A stretch of 64,000 nucleotides of DNA from Octopus bimaculoides (GCF_001194135.2 NC_068991.1:80373160-80437159), one strand, 5' to 3'. Counted from the first letter of the stretch, positions 38,909 through 54,254 are shown. Notes: generated by a model not told the origin, from the letters alone. Numbers and translations are program-made.

Positions 38909-39102
38909 GAGCCTGTTACCGCTTGACAACCGGTGCTGGTTTGTTAGCGCCTCCATAATTTATCAGTTCGCCAAAAATTGATCGATAGAATAAGTACCAA
39001 CATTTAAAAATCAAGTACTGAGGCCTTTCTGCAATGACATATCTCTTCAAAGTGGCATTCCAGCATGGCCAGAAACCAATGACTGAAACGAGTAAAAGAG
39101 TA
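38735..39102 (+). mobile_element. SINE family S2
   Basis: GGTTCAGTCCCAC head block, (GT)n interior and CCAGCATGGCC...AATGACTGAAACGAGTAAAAGAG tail. Confidence 0.7.
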
Positions 39103-39777
39103 ACCGAGTTTGCAGTAAATATTTAATCACAGTGCAAACTCTAATTACGCTTTCAGATACAAAACGCAGCAAAAAGAAAAGATATTTCACAGGTTGACAA
39201 AATGTTTCAGAAAGTATGCTAGATCACTGGCGCCACATTGTCACTGAAGTTTGTTCCTTAAAGATTCCAGAGCAGTGGTTCCCAACCATTTTATTTCAAT
39301 TAGCCTTCCCACAGACCCTTTTTAATATTCTTATGTATATGGGGAACCACTATTCTATAGTAAAAATTCTATATTCTACAGTAATATGTATCGGAAAGTA
39401 ATCAAATGATTGGTTGGCGGCGAATTGGCAATGTCATTACAGCCTGGGACAGATGGCCTTCTGGCTCTTTTTCGCTCTCATTTCAAATCTAACCGACTCA
39501 AGCATTTGACTGATACTTTGAATTTCATCGTTCCAGAGTCGATGGAATAAAGCACCAGCCAATTATGGTTTCTAAGCTAGAAACAACAACTCTTATTATT
39601 TGTTTGCTTATCAGAAAAACATTGTCTTGTAGTTTTTGCCCTCACACTTTACCTTTTAACTTCAAATCTCGCCGAGGTCAAATTTACTTTTCATCCTTTC
39701 AGGATCGTTAAAATAAAGTAACGATCTAACGCTCTCCCCTCAAAATGCTTGGCCCTATGTCTAAAGCAGAAATTAGC

Positions 39778-39827
<50 letters not shown>

Positions 39828-40000
39828 GGCGGCGAGTTGGCAGAATTGTTCGCCCAGCGCTTCGTTCTGAGTTCAAATTCCGCCGAGGTTAACTTTGCCT
39901 TTCACCCTTTTGGAGTTGATAAATTAAATACCAGCGAAACACTGGGGTCGATGTCCCCTCCCCACAAATTTCAGGTCATGTGCCTTTAGTAAAAAAGATT
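39828..40000 (+). mobile_element. SINE family S1
   Basis: GGCGGCGAGTTGGCAGAA head directly after (AGT)n, then GTTCTGAGTTCAAATTCCGCCGAGG. Confidence 0.75.
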
Positions 40001-41486
40001 ATTATTATTGCCATAGTTTCTTTTTGAGTTCATAAATTACAAAACATGCCATAAAAATTAGCTACAAGACATGTGGGGACGTGCATATATATAAATGCAA
40101 TGAAATTAAGACGGAGCGCAATGTAGTACACAATATATTAAAATATGTTTAAAAATTTAGTACACAAAACAAATAAGGTCAATCCTGCCAACAGGGAATG
40201 AGAGTCTACCCTCAATGTAGGATCGAGGCACCCACAGCACCGATTCTGATCACTCACTGCAAACAATCATTGAACTTCTTCAGATTTGTCCAAGTCATGA
40301 GTACTCCCACATCGTTTCTGTCATCTTTCATTAGTCGTTGATTAGACTATTGATGGGAGCTTTCATCAATAGTATATTATTTATGGATTAGGTATATTCG
40401 TCCACCCATCTCTTCCTTAACCACCATAATTTTCCACTTGTCTTCCTACAAATCATCCAGTGATTTTACAAGTTCTTGAAGCTGGTTCACTCAACTGTGA
40501 TGCTGAGGAACTGTGAACGAATATACACACACCCTCCTTCGTAGACGAATATACACCCTGCTGGGCAGGGCTTCCTTTAACCTAACTGTTTTTAATTTCG
40601 GCCCCTTATTTTCTCTTCTCTCAGGACACTTTCTTTTCTTACTCAGTCTCTGGCAGTTTCTACATTTTTCTCTGTTTCCTATCCATTCAATCTATGAATT
40701 CTTACTAATTCTTTTTTTGAAATGCTGCAGGATAAAAATCAGAGTTATTTTGTTTTTTATTTTATTTTACTTCCAGAATATTAGAAAGACAATGTGAGTG
40801 AGATGTGTCTGCCATCCCAAACAACCTTATTTTGTTCATGTGGAAAATCATTTTTTGCAAAATTTGCAAAAAGACAACAAAAAAATACAAATTTCCAGTT
40901 TATATGTTTTGGAAATATTTATCCTCCCTGTTACTTAACAATCTTTTCCCATATTACTATAGAAAATCTTTTTCTTCTTGTTTATTTTCTGGATTATGAG
41001 GAAGTGAAGGAAAATAAGCAGATATTGTGGGAAATATGGCACAAGCAAATCGAATTTTCAAATTTTCTGTTACTAAAACAGAAGAAATTCAAGTAATTTC
41101 TTTTTAATGAACAATAATCAGAATTTTATCTTTCATTTTCAGTTGCATACTTTTTTTTTCTAAAATATAAATAATTTATTTTGTACTGAATGCATTTGGC
41201 ACGTGATTAAATTTGAAATTTGAAATGATATACCACATGTTTTTCTACATTGAGAGCCATTACAACTATCTTGTAAACACCTACTGTATTTTCTTTATAT
41301 ATATGAATGTATATATGTATACATGTATATGAATGTATATTTATATATATGTACGTATATATATATATATATATATATGTGTATGTATATATGTATGTAT
41401 ATATTTATATATATACATATGCACACACACACATATATATATAAATGTGTGTATATGTGAGTGTGTGTGTGTTTGTGTGTGTGTGT

Positions 41487-41518
<32 letters not shown>

Positions 41519-44405
41519 ATAAAAGTAATATTCATTAAATAATTTTACTTGGTTATATAGTTTATGTTATATAATATTCCTCATATTTTGTATTTTATTA
41601 TTTATTTTTATTTTTATTTTATTTTTGATCTACTCTTCTTCTATTCTATCAGATTTAGCTTTAAAATAAGCTGAAAAATATATTAATTATAATAAATATG
41701 TATTTGCGTGTGCATTTGTGTGTATATGTATGTATGTATTTGCGTGTGCATGTGTGTGTATATGTATGTATGTATATGTATGTATGTATTTACGTGTGCA
41801 TGTGTGTGTATATGTATGTATGAATACATACACATATATTATAAATCCTATCTAATATATAGACTTAAATACTATCTATATTATAATAAATTATTTTGGA
41901 CAGAGGCATTTAGACTATATTTTTTAGACTATATTTTATTTACCAGTTTACAAAACATAATATTTATATTACATACACTGATATGTATTACACTAATATT
42001 TGGGTTTGCAGAAAGCAATAAATGCAATAAAACAATATTTTAGTATTTTTTATATTTCTACTGGTTATTCTAAATATGGTAATTCCTGAAACTTCATGAC
42101 TCGCCTCTTCTTCACAGAATATGCAATCTTATTCCTAGATTTTATTCACTTCTTTTGTCTCATTGCAGATTATTAGTTTCCATGTTTGTTTTCATCAACG
42201 AAAAGAATGGAATGTTATCCAAAATATTGGAATTCTCCTTTCTTTTTTCTTTCATGCTACACAAACTGATCATATTTTTACAAATTACATTATCTGTGTT
42301 TTTGGCCGTTAAACTTTTTAGATTTGAGTTCATTTTGTTGGGTTTCTTAATTTTTTGTTTTAATCAGATATGGTCTGTTTAAATATTAAATTTAAACCAG
42401 CAATATCTGGCCAAAAGTATTCTACCCATTTTATGTTCTAACTAGCCTGATCAGGCCTCTCACATCTTTTCTACAATATCATTCTAAAGAAAATAACATT
42501 ATCAAAATCTCAAAGCTATGAGATAATGCATGATTAATTCAAAACAATGTGAATAAGCAAGCTGAGTTTTTTTTATATATATAAGAATATGTAAGAATAT
42601 AAAACAAGCGATTTTTTAAATTTCTAATGAAATGGAATTGTTAATTACATTCTATATTTATTTGCATCATGCATTTTTTAAACACCTTTTTTAAAATCCT
42701 TTGTTCATCTATAACTTGTTGGTATCAGCTGTGCCAGAAACATCTTGATAATTGTTACAAAATGCTTGTTCATATTCCATAATCATGCTCCCGAAAACAT
42801 TTAAAAACCAAAGAATACAAAATAAGCATCTGCATGTATAAAAGAGCTGCTATGGTTAGAATTTAAGGAAAACACTTGTGAACAAACATGAAATAATTTT
42901 TAACTTTGAGGAGAAATTTCCTAAAAAGATGTTTGGAAATTACATCTTCACATAATGGGAGTAATTCTGTAAAATCTATCCTTGAAAAGAAAAAAGGAAA
43001 AATTTTTAGAAATGGTTAAAAGCTGTCTTTTAGAGATTCTCTACGGATCCTTCAAGAAATATATTTTAATTGTTATTCCATAGAAAGAAAAATTAAATTT
43101 GTTAATAATTACATAATGTGTAATTATGTAATATCTATCTGCAGCAAAAATGGAAAATACTTCTAGAATTCGCTAAAAGTCATTTTTTAGCAATATCTGC
43201 TGATCCTTCAAGAAATATATTTTAGCCATTATTCCACAGAATAATTATTACATTCATATGAGATAAAAATCAAGTTTATGGAAATTTTATGAAGTCATTA
43301 ATATCAGAATTGGTAGCATGCTGAACAAAACGTTTGCCATAATTGTTACACTCCTTCACTTTCTGAGTTCAAATCTTGCCAATTTTGTTCTACTCTCTGC
43401 ATTTCTGGGGTTTCATGTAATTGATTATACTCTCCTCGCAAATATAAGGAATTTATATAATGGATTATGATTGGAAGCATCACTATAACAGGCAGAGTAT
43501 TTTATGATGCTTAAATATATATATGCATTTATACTGCGAGTTCAAATCCCACAGAGGTCAAGTTTAGTTTTCATTTTTCTATTCTTTGGCTGTTAAGATG
43601 ATAAATTCTGCCCCAGTCAATTACTGAGGTCTGTACAATCAACTATATCCCTTCTTTCCCTAATATAGGGTCTTGTGCCAAAATAAGAAATCGTTATTAA
43701 CATTATTCCAATTTCAAGAATTGTGGATTAATAGAATCCAAATCACAACAAAGAAAATGGCCTTGCAAATATCTCATCACATATTCACTTTTCTTTATAA
43801 AGTTTCCTTTGTGTATTGAGCTCAAACACCCCATCACGGTCAACTTGACTTCAATCCTTCCAAAGTCAATAAAACATTGAAATTGAAGCCCTTTTGAGAC
43901 CAACCTGCCTGACTCCACCCTCACCACCTGTCTTTGATACAATAATTGACCCACTGAGAAATGATATTTCAATTTTAACATTCTATCGTATGTAAAACAC
44001 TTTTCCTGTTCTAAAACCACATTAATGAAGAGTTTGTTATATTACTAAACACCTTCAAATAATCGATTATTTTTGAAAATTACTTGAAACACGTGAACAG
44101 CATATTCATTTGAAATATCACAAAAGAGTTAAATTGACAAAATCCCTTCTCAAAATGTGTAGCCTTCTGCTTACATTAGGAAACCATGTTATTACTCTTT
44201 CATGTGCTGCAAATATGTAAAATATTACTTTTTCCTTGAGAATTGATCAGGAAAACATCCTCTAAAAGAAATTATATTCACTTATTATTCAATTACTTTT
44301 CTGGAGGACATGAAGCAAGCAAAATTTTTTAATATCTTCTTTCAATGTTATATTTCCATGTTTTGATGTGACTTTTTTCTGAAGTGGTGTGTTATAGTTT
44401 GCTTG

Positions 44406-44447
<42 letters not shown>

Positions 44448-44592
44448 TTATTAATGAAACATTCAAAACAATAATTTAAATATTTGTTATATTTGATATA
44501 AATGTTCCATTGAAATTTTATTCAAAAATTGGTAAGTTTTATTATACAGTGTCTCATTTTTATTCTGTACTCTTTTCTCACACACACATACA

Positions 44593-44628
<36 letters not shown>

Positions 44629-44847
44629 ATATATATATATATATACANNNNNNNNNNNNNNNNNNNNNNNNNNNNNNNNNNNNNNNNNNNNNNNNNNNNN
44701 NNNNNNNNNNNNNNNNNNNNNNNNNNNNNNNNNNNNNNNNNNNNNNNNNNNNNNNNNNNNNNNNNNNNNNNNNNNNNNNNNNNNNNNNNNNNNNNNNNNN
44801 NNNNNNNNNNNNNNNNNNNNNNNNNNNNNNNNNNNNNNNNNNNNNNN

Positions 44848-44895
<48 letters not shown>

Positions 44896-45543
44896 CACAC
44901 ATGCATACAACAAATTTATTTCAACCAATCCAATAGCACATCGTAAAGGCACATGGCTTAGTGGTTAGGATGCTGTACTCATGATCATAAGATTATGGTT
45001 TCAGTTCCTGGGCCAGTCGATGTGTTGAGCAAAACGTTTTATTTCCCATTGCTCCAATACACTTAGCTGGCAAAGAGGAATAATCCTGTGGGGGTACTGG
45101 CATCCTGTCGTCCAGTGGAGGAATATATATGCAGGAGAATCTTGAAAACTGGTCTTATGAGTCAAAGGTCCTTATGAGGACCTGTCATCTTTCAAAAACT
45201 CATTATTCTAGCTTTCCTCTGCCTTGCAGTCAGTTCCTCAGACAGTGGAAGAATGCAGGAACTGACTGCATGTCAGAGAAACTCCAGAGTAACAAACCAC
45301 TGGTCTGACCAAAATAAATTATTGTACAGGCTCATTAACACACTGAACAAAATGTTTTGTGCCACTTTTCCCATTATTTACATTCAGGTTTCAAATTCTG
45401 CTGCAGTTGATTTCGCTTTTTATCATTTTGGGGGGAAAATAAAAGAAGAACCAGTTGATTCTCCTCCCCTAAAATTTCAGGCTTTGTACCTGATTCTTAC
45501 ATACACATATATATGCATACATACATATATACATACATACATT

Positions 45544-45585
<42 letters not shown>

Positions 45586-46432
45586 AATGTATGTATGTAT
45601 ATATATANNNNNNNNNNNNNNNNNNNNNNNNNNNNNNNNNNNNNNNNNNNNNNNNNNNNNNNNNNNNNNNNNNNNNNNNNNNNNNNNNNNNNNNNNNNNN
45701 NNNNNNNNNNNNNNNNNNNNNNNNNNNNNNNNNNNNNNNNNNNNNNNNNNNNNNNNNNNNNNNNNNNNNNNNNNNNNNNNNNNNNNNNNNNNNNNNNNNN
45801 NNNNNNNNNNNNNNNNNNNNNNNNNNNNNNNNNNNNNNNNNNNNNNNNNNNNNNNNNNNNNNNNNNNNNNNNNNNNNNNNNNNNNNNNNNNNNNNNNNNN
45901 NNNNNNNNNNNNNNNNNNNNNNNNNNNNNNNNNNNNNNNNNNNNNNNNNNNNNNNNNNNNNNNNNNNNNNNNNNNNNNNNNNNNNNNNNNNNNNNNNNNN
46001 NNNNNNNNNNNNNNNNNNNNNNNNNNNNNNNNNNNNNNNNNNNNNNNNNNNNNNNNNNNNNNNNNNNNNNNNNNNNNNNNNNNNNNNNNNNNNNNNNNNN
46101 NNNNNNNNNNNNNNNNNNNNNNNNNNNNNNNNNNNNNNNNNNNNNNNNNNNNNNNNNNNNNNNNNNNNNNNNNNNNNNNNNNNNNNNNNNNNNNNNNNNN
46201 NNNNNNNNNNNNNNNNNNNNNNNNNNNNNNNNNNNNNNNNNNNNNNNNNNNNNNNNNNNNNNNNNNNNNNNNNNNNNNNNNNNNNNNNNNNNNNNNNNNN
46301 NNNNNNNNNNNNNNNNNNNNNNNNNNNNNNNNNNNNNNNNNNNNNNNNNNNNNNNNNNNNNNNNNNNNNNNNNNNNNNNNNNNNNNNNNNNNNNNNNNNN
46401 NNNNNNNNNNNNNNNNNNNNNNNNNNNNNNNN

Positions 46433-46469
<37 letters not shown>

Positions 46470-46625
46470 ATAAACTTTATTTATGGGGGGAAATGTTAAC
46501 ACCCATTGTTCAACTCTAAATTTATCTGAAAAATTAAGTCTATCATTTACTACATATTCATGTGCATACATTACTTGATATGCAGGAACTCCCCAGCATG
46601 CATACATACACACACACACACGCAC

Positions 46626-46662
<37 letters not shown>

Positions 46663-47489
46663 GACATATACATGCATGTATATATTCATATATACATGCA
46701 TGTATATATTCATATATACATGCATATGATGATCCTCATCATCACTTTGACACCCACTTTTCCATGTTTGCATGGGTCAGATAGAGTTTATTCAGGAATA
46801 TTTTCTACATTCTCATGCTCTCCCTGTTGCCAACCCTCACTTGTTTCCAAGCCAGATAATATTTCCTCATGACCAGACACCTTCTTGCAGAGTATTGTAA
46901 ATGAATGATACTGCTTGTGTAAGAATGACAATCATTTACGACTACCACGTGATGTCAAGACAAGGAGAAGCAGAAACATACATACATCTACATGTACACA
47001 CACACACACACATGCATATATATTATGGGCTTCTTTCAGTTTCCATCTAACAAATCTACCTACAAAGCTTTAGTCAGTCCAGAACTATAGTAGAAGACAC
47101 TTGTCCAAGATGCCATGCAGTGGGACTGAACCCAGAACCATGTAACTGAGAATCAAACTTCTTAACGACACAAAAACTCTTGTAAACAGCCATGCCACTC
47201 CCCCCCTCTCTCTCTCTCTCCCTATATATGTATATGTATGTGTGTGTGTGTATGTATGTATATATATATATATATTATGTATATATAGATATATATATAT
47301 ACTGTTTATCAATGGCTGATAACACACACAGAGAAAGATATTTCAGTTCTCTTGTAGAGTGGATGTAGATATAATAAACAGTTTACTTGTCCATTACTGT
47401 ACAGTTTTACCAGCATTGATTACTCCAGTCTAGCAAAACAGTACTGTAATGGTAACTAACTTATGATACAGTCTGTCTCAAACACATAT

Positions 47490-47591
<102 letters not shown>

Positions 47592-49554
47592 TTATAATTG
47601 TAATTTTTCAATATAAATTAAAAAGCATTCAATGTATGTACTGTACAAATGTTATATTTGATTTATTGATTTATTTATTTTTGTGCTACCCAGTTCTTCA
47701 GATCTCATTTTAATAAGGAGGGTTAAATTTTTATATATGATTTCTAACCAGAATACATATATACACACATATACACAAACACATACACCTATACACATAT
47801 ATGTATGTATGCATGTATATCTATATATATCTATTTATCACTATACACACACACACACACAAAGGGCTTTTGTACTGTTTCCATTAACCAACTTTCACTT
47901 ACAAGGCATTGGTGAATGCAAGGCTATTTTAGAATACGTCTGCCCGTGATGTCACACTGTGTAATCAAACCTGACACTTCATAGTTATGAAGGAAGCTTC
48001 TTGACCAATCAGTTATGCCTTTGTCTATACTTGTACGGCAAGATGCTTCTATTAAGGCTTTTTTTCTGAGACTAAAAGAAAAACTTTGTGAAATAATTAT
48101 TGTAGTCCTTATAAGCAGTATATGTAAGCTGTCAATAACTACAATGAACTCACCTTGAAGTAATTATTTGAACTAATCATTCAAAATATTTCTTGCATAG
48201 TTACTTGTGATACCATATGTATTCTTAATAGTGTTCTGTTTTTGTTTTCCATCCTCTTTCACTATTGTGGAAAACTACTGGTCGTAAATGAAATATATGA
48301 AATGAAATATAGTACAACAGTTTGAAAAATATTACATTGTCATCATCGTCATCATCGATTAATGTCCATGTTCCATACAGGCTTGACAGGACCATGTGGA
48401 CTGCATCATGTTGCACTGTCTGCTTACACATGTTTTCTACAGCTGGATGTCTTTCTTCATGCCAATCATTATACAACATGTACTGGACACATTTTTTTCA
48501 CACAACAGCACCAGTGAGGTCACCATGAATTTTGTAAGACTATGAAAGCCAACGGGGCAACTTTACAGTAGATGAAAGGTTAAAGGTTAAAGGAGATGAA
48601 AAGGTAAAGTATGAGAGAAGTGACCAAAGCCAAACCAGTTTCTTGCTGTGGAAATGCTACTATATTAAAATAGAAATTTTTTTTTTTTCCTTTTTAAAAA
48701 TTATTTACGATCACACAAATATGGATGAAATCTTCTACAATATATCATGTAGATAAGTTCCGTTTGAAACAGTATTAATTATATTTCATATGTGTACGTT
48801 TGTGTATGTTTATATGTATACATGTACGTGTGTGTATGTGTGTGTGCATGTTGGTATGTGTATGTATGTGTGTGTATGTGTGCATATGTGTGCATATCTG
48901 TGCGTGTGTGTCTGTCTGTCTGTGTATGTTTGAAATATGTACAAGTTTTAAATTCAAAAGTGAGATTAATTAAAGTCCTTCGTGTGTTAACCAAACTAGA
49001 GTTAATCATTATACTTCAATTATACAAAACAGATTTAGTTTCCTCTTATAACTCATTGGATTTTACATTTGTAAATCTGCTTCACATAAAATAAAACATG
49101 CACTTATATACTATACACATATATAAATACATACATTGTGCGTGTGCACATATATGTGCATATATGTATTTATATACATATATATATGTATCGTGTGTGT
49201 GTGTATATATATATGAACACACATACATATATACATATCACTGTCATCATCATTTAATGTCCCTTTTCCCATGCTGGCATGGGTTGGATGGTTTGGCAAG
49301 AATAGACAAGCCAGAGGGCTCCACTAGGTTCTAGGTCTTCTCTGGCACGGTTTCTACAGCTGGAGGCCCTTCTTAGCGCCAACCACTTCACAAAGTGTAA
49401 TGGGTGCTTCTTACATGACACCCACACCAGTGAGGTCAGTAATATAACATCCCTCATCTGAGTGGGGTGTAGACTGGAGGAATAAGAAACTATGATGGAG
49501 GGAGAGGACTAAATGTCTGTCGAAGAGATGAATATATGGCTTGCCCTCCTGGTC

Positions 49555-49589
<35 letters not shown>

Positions 49590-49964
49590 GATGAGGTTCA
49601 GGTCCAGGTCCAAAGTGGAATATAAGACAGAATAAGAAGTGCAGTGAGTGAAAATAGTGTGAGAGATGATTAGAGAAAGGAACTGAGATGGATGCAGAGG
49701 GTATCGATTCAGCATAGGGGGAGGAGAAGAAATAGTGTGTGTGTGTTTATGTATATACATGTATGTACACACACAACAGGCTTCCACATAGTTTCTGTCA
49801 ACCAAATCCAGTCACAATGCATTGGTCAATTTAGTGTCTTCTGCTATGTCTTCTTTCCAAAATACCATGCAGTGGAATTGAACCTGAAATTATACGGTTA
49901 CAAAATTAGCTTTTTAATCACAGAGCCATGCCTACATCTATATACACATGTGTGTGTGTGTGTA

Positions 49965-49999
<35 letters not shown>

Positions 50000-50061
50000 C
50001 AGAGAGAGAGCGCGAGAGTGTCTGTGTGTGAGCTTGTTATATATCTATAAATATATATACA

Positions 50062-50137
<76 letters not shown>

Positions 50138-50190
50138 TNNNNNNNNNNNNNNNNNNNNNNNNNNNNNNNNNNNNNNNNNNNNNNNNNNNN

Positions 50191-50254
<64 letters not shown>

Positions 50255-50657
50255 ATATATATATATATATATATATATATTCTAACTGAATATATTCAGT
50301 TAGAATAGATTTTCATTTAGATTTGTAAAAACTTTGGTATTGCTCTTAACACTACTTAAGGCTGTTTGCATAAAATTGAAAAGATGAAACACAGTCCATG
50401 GCAACATCAACAACAACAACAACAAGCACATAACTGCTGCCTGCACCTCAGGTAAATAGAAGCTTGATGACGTTAAAGAAAATGAATTAAAGATAGATAA
50501 TAACGATGATGATGATGATGATGATGATGATAAAGAGGAGGAGGAGGAGGAGGAGGAGGAGGAAGAAGAAGAAGAAAAGCAATGACAGTATGAATGATAA
50601 TGATGATGGTGGTGATAAATTATGATAATAGTGGTGATGGTGGTGGCAGCGGCGGTG

Positions 50658-50709
<52 letters not shown>

Positions 50710-51159
50710 GTAGTGATGATGATGGTAAGGAGGAGGGTGTTATGACTTTGATGATGATGGTGGTGCTAGTGATGATGATGTTGATGTTGATGAAAATGCT
50801 GAATAATGTTAATGGTGATGATTGTGATGCTGATGAGGAGGAGGAGGTGTATAATACATAACAACGATAACAACAACAACAATGATGATAGATAAATAGA
50901 TAATGAAAGAAATAGATAAATAAACAAGATCTGTGAATAGCAGTTTTAATAGAGCAAAGACAATTAGCCGGGTGTAATGTTCTCAGCATTTATTTGAAAT
51001 GAATGACCAGCTTCACACAAACATGAGCAATACTTTGTGACAAATATAAAAGGCAAAAAGAAATTTTCTTTTTGCCAATATCTGTAGACATAGCTTTTAT
51101 ATAACAGTTGGATATATAAACAGAGAGATACCACAACAACAAATGATAATAACAATTAC

Positions 51160-51352
51160 AATTATTATTTCTCTCTGGTTTTGTGGGAGTTCCTGGAGTC
51201 TTGTATGCATAATAGGCTTGCTACTTGCAGCCTACGATACCATGCTATAAAGATTTTTTTTCAGTTATCTAATACTTTCCTGGTTATCCTGGCCGTGCCA
51301 AGGAGGTAAACCTCTTGTAACAGTTCTACTGGGCACTTTATTCCAATTTCCC
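51160..51352 (-). mobile_element. RLE LINE extreme 3' end (subfamily a)
   Basis: MREIGIKCPVELLQEVYLLGTARITRKVLDN* (stop 51261-51263), with (AAT)n on both sides. Confidence 0.7.
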
Positions 51353-51359
51353 TCATTAT

Positions 51360-51990
51360 TATTCTGAAAGACCCTCGGATAGTTCTTAATTATTGGTTAT
51401 TCTTTACTCGAAAGCAGGCAATAACAAATCACCAAAGGTTTCAAGTAGTGCCTTCTTCTCCTCTGACTCAAAGAGACAATACTCTCCTTAGAATGCGAGC
51501 TGTACCCAACAATGCTGTCTTCTGGATCATTTCGAGCCTGACAGCAGCTCCAATATTCTTAATACGTTTTTCAAGGCCCTTGGAAACTGCTCCCTAATGC
51601 TCCAGTTATCACTGGTATCACCTTTACTTTCCTCATGCCCCATAACTTTCCTATCTCGTCCCGCAGTGGCTGGTATTTCTCACTCTTTTCTGTTTCCTTA
51701 TATTTCACTCTCGAATCACCTGATATTACAGCAACTGTTATCTTTGCTTCTTTTTCATCTTTATGGATGATCACGATAACTGATCATCTCGCTTCTATGA
51801 CTTGGTCGCACAGTATGTTAAGATCCCGGAGTATTTTGTAATATTCGCTTTCCATTACTCCCTCTGGCTTATGTTCATACCATTGTCCGGCTCTTTCGAG
51901 GTTTGCTTTCCCGCACAACAGCCAGTGGACATATCTGGCCACATTGTCGTGTCTTATACTTTCTCCCTTCTCAGAGCACATCCTACACTG
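51360..51990 (-). mobile_element. R4/Dong/HERO-like RLE LINE fragment: partial zinc knuckle plus restriction-like endonuclease (subfamily b)
   Basis: RMCSEKGESIRHDNVARYVHW...WYEHKPEGVMES...DQVIEARR...KETEKSEKYQPLRDEIGKLWGMRKVKVIPVITGALG/AVSKGLEKRIKNIG...QKTALLGTARILRRVLSL*; frameshifted. Confidence 0.88.
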
Positions 51991-52257
51991 TGGCGAGTTA
52001 GTGCATTATTATTGTTGTTGTTGTTATTACTAAGGCGACAAACTGGTAGAATTATTACCACACTGGACAAAGAGCTTAACAACAATTCTTCTGGCTTTGT
52101 GTTCTGAGTTCAAATTGCACCAAGGTTGACTTTGCTTTTCATTCCTTTGGAGTCGATGAAATAAGTGCCACATAAGAACAAGGGTCAATATATTCGACTA
52201 GACCCACCTCTCTTAAAATTTCAGGCCCCTTGTGCTTATAGTAGAAAGAATTTATTA

Positions 52258-52315
<58 letters not shown>

Positions 52316-52491
52316 CATTATTGTTGTTGTTATTATTCAAGGTGTGCATGAATGCCTTATATTCAGAATCAATATACTCAATGCTGGGTCTTAACCAGTT
52401 TCCTAAAGTTGCCTTTGGTGGGATTTGAACTCAGAATATAAAGAGCCAAAAGAAATTCCACAAAACAGTTTGTCCAATGTTTTAATGAGGA

Positions 52492-52526
<35 letters not shown>

Positions 52527-52767
52527 GTTGTGGTTGATGAAAAAGGTGGTAGTAATACCAATAATTGTCGGAGCCCTGGGAATAGTGAGTAAAGATTTTG
52601 AGAAATAGGGGCTACAATAAGGATGGTGTACTTGGAGAAAACAGCACTGCTTGGAACTACTTGAATACTCCGGAAGGTGCTCGAAAAATAAGAGGTGTTA
52701 CCTTAGTTCACTGGTAGTTTAAAGACGACACCGTAGTACATCTCCAGCGTTAGAAGCTGTGTAAAGG
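52527..52767 (+). mobile_element. RLE LINE 3' end (subfamily c)
   Basis: KKVVVIPIIVGALGIVSKDFEK...LEKTALLGTT*ILRKVLEK*, between (AAT)n tracts. Confidence 0.8.
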
Positions 52768-54254
52768 TAATAAATAATAATGATGATGATAATTATTATT
52801 CCAGATTATTTTGGGGGTAGGGTTAGTCAGCATCCTTGACCCCAGAACTAGACTTTATTTTATTGACTGCTGAAGGATGTCAAAAGGATTTAAATTCAGA
52901 AAGTATAAAACCATAAAAAACAATGCAAGACATCTTGTCGCAAAGCTCCAATAATTTTGCCAGTTTTGGTTGCCTCAATAATAATTATTATTATTAGAAC
53001 AGCAATAACTGGTTCCTGCATTTTTACATTCTGCATTTAAATCCTGCTGAGCTTAAATTTACCTTTCCTCATTATGTGGTCAAGCACTGGAAACAGAATA
53101 ATCAACAAACCTCACCTCCACAAAAATACTGGGCATGTTCTTGAATCAGAAGCCATTATCATTATGTTGAAGCTGGCAGAATTGTTTTGCAGAAGAGGGC
53201 GAAATGCCTAGCAATGCTCTAAGGCATCGAGCTGGCAGAATGGTTAGCCTGCTGGGGGAAATGCGTAGTGTCATGTCATCCGTCGCTACGCTCTGAGTTC
53301 AAGTTCTGCCAGGGTCAGGTCAGATTTACACCTTTCATCCTTTTGGAGGTCAGTAAAACAAGTACCAGTGGAGCCCTTCGATCGATGGAATTGACTTACC
53401 CCCTCCCCCAATATTTCAGGCGTTGTGCCTATAGAAGACAGGATTATTATCATTATTATCATTGTTGTCTTTGTTGTTGTTATTCAACATAGTAGTAGTA
53501 GTAGTTGTGATTGTTGTTGTTGTTGTTGTAGTAGTAGTAGTAGTTGCTGTTGTTGTTGTTGTTGTTGTTGTTGTGATTGTTGTTGTTGTTGTTGTAGTAG
53601 TAGTAGTTAGGCAGTAACCTGCAGAATTGTTAGTCTGTGTGTGTTTTAGGCAGCGGATATTTCTTCTGGCTTCCCTATTCTGCATTCAAATTCCACCAAG
53701 GTCTACTTTTTGTCTTCCCTCTTTCTGCGGTCAATAAAATAAGAACCACCCATTGCTGCACTGGATTTGATGGACTCAGCACCCCCCGCCTCATCTAAAA
53801 TCCAGGACCTTCTGCTGAAATTGGAAACCATCATTATTATCATTGTTGTTGTTGTTGTTGTTATCATCATTGACATTTTGGTCAAGTCACTGCCTGGAAC
53901 AATCTGCACAGCGTAAGATGTGTCATGATGCTTCCAATTTGAGTTGAAGAAACAGAACAATAAAAGAATTACATCCTGCAACCAACAGACATGTTTGCCC
54001 AATCTCAGACAAAACCAAAATCCTCATTCTCCCCATTGTCCCTTCATAGCAAAATCCATTCAAATTACTTTCACTCATCCATCAGAAATAGTTGCAGCTT
54101 TTTTTATTCTTTTATTCTTTAAAATTATTTGCTCTTTTTCCCATTGCTTTTTTTCTTTTCTTTAAATCCTCTCATTCAAACACTCAGATCTCAAAATCAA
54201 CGGAAGTGACCATCATTATCGTTATTATTGTTATTATTATTATTATTATTATTA

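Noticed and set aside
40250-40480. Possible RTE 3' end on the minus strand (WLRKRWVDE)
   Set aside because: Too degraded to call.
42960-43250. ~75-bp imperfect direct repeat (GATCCTTCAAGAAATATATTT...); a similar AT-rich duplication occurs at 17745-18030
   Set aside because: Ordinary local duplications or transposon-internal repeats with nothing further to support significance.
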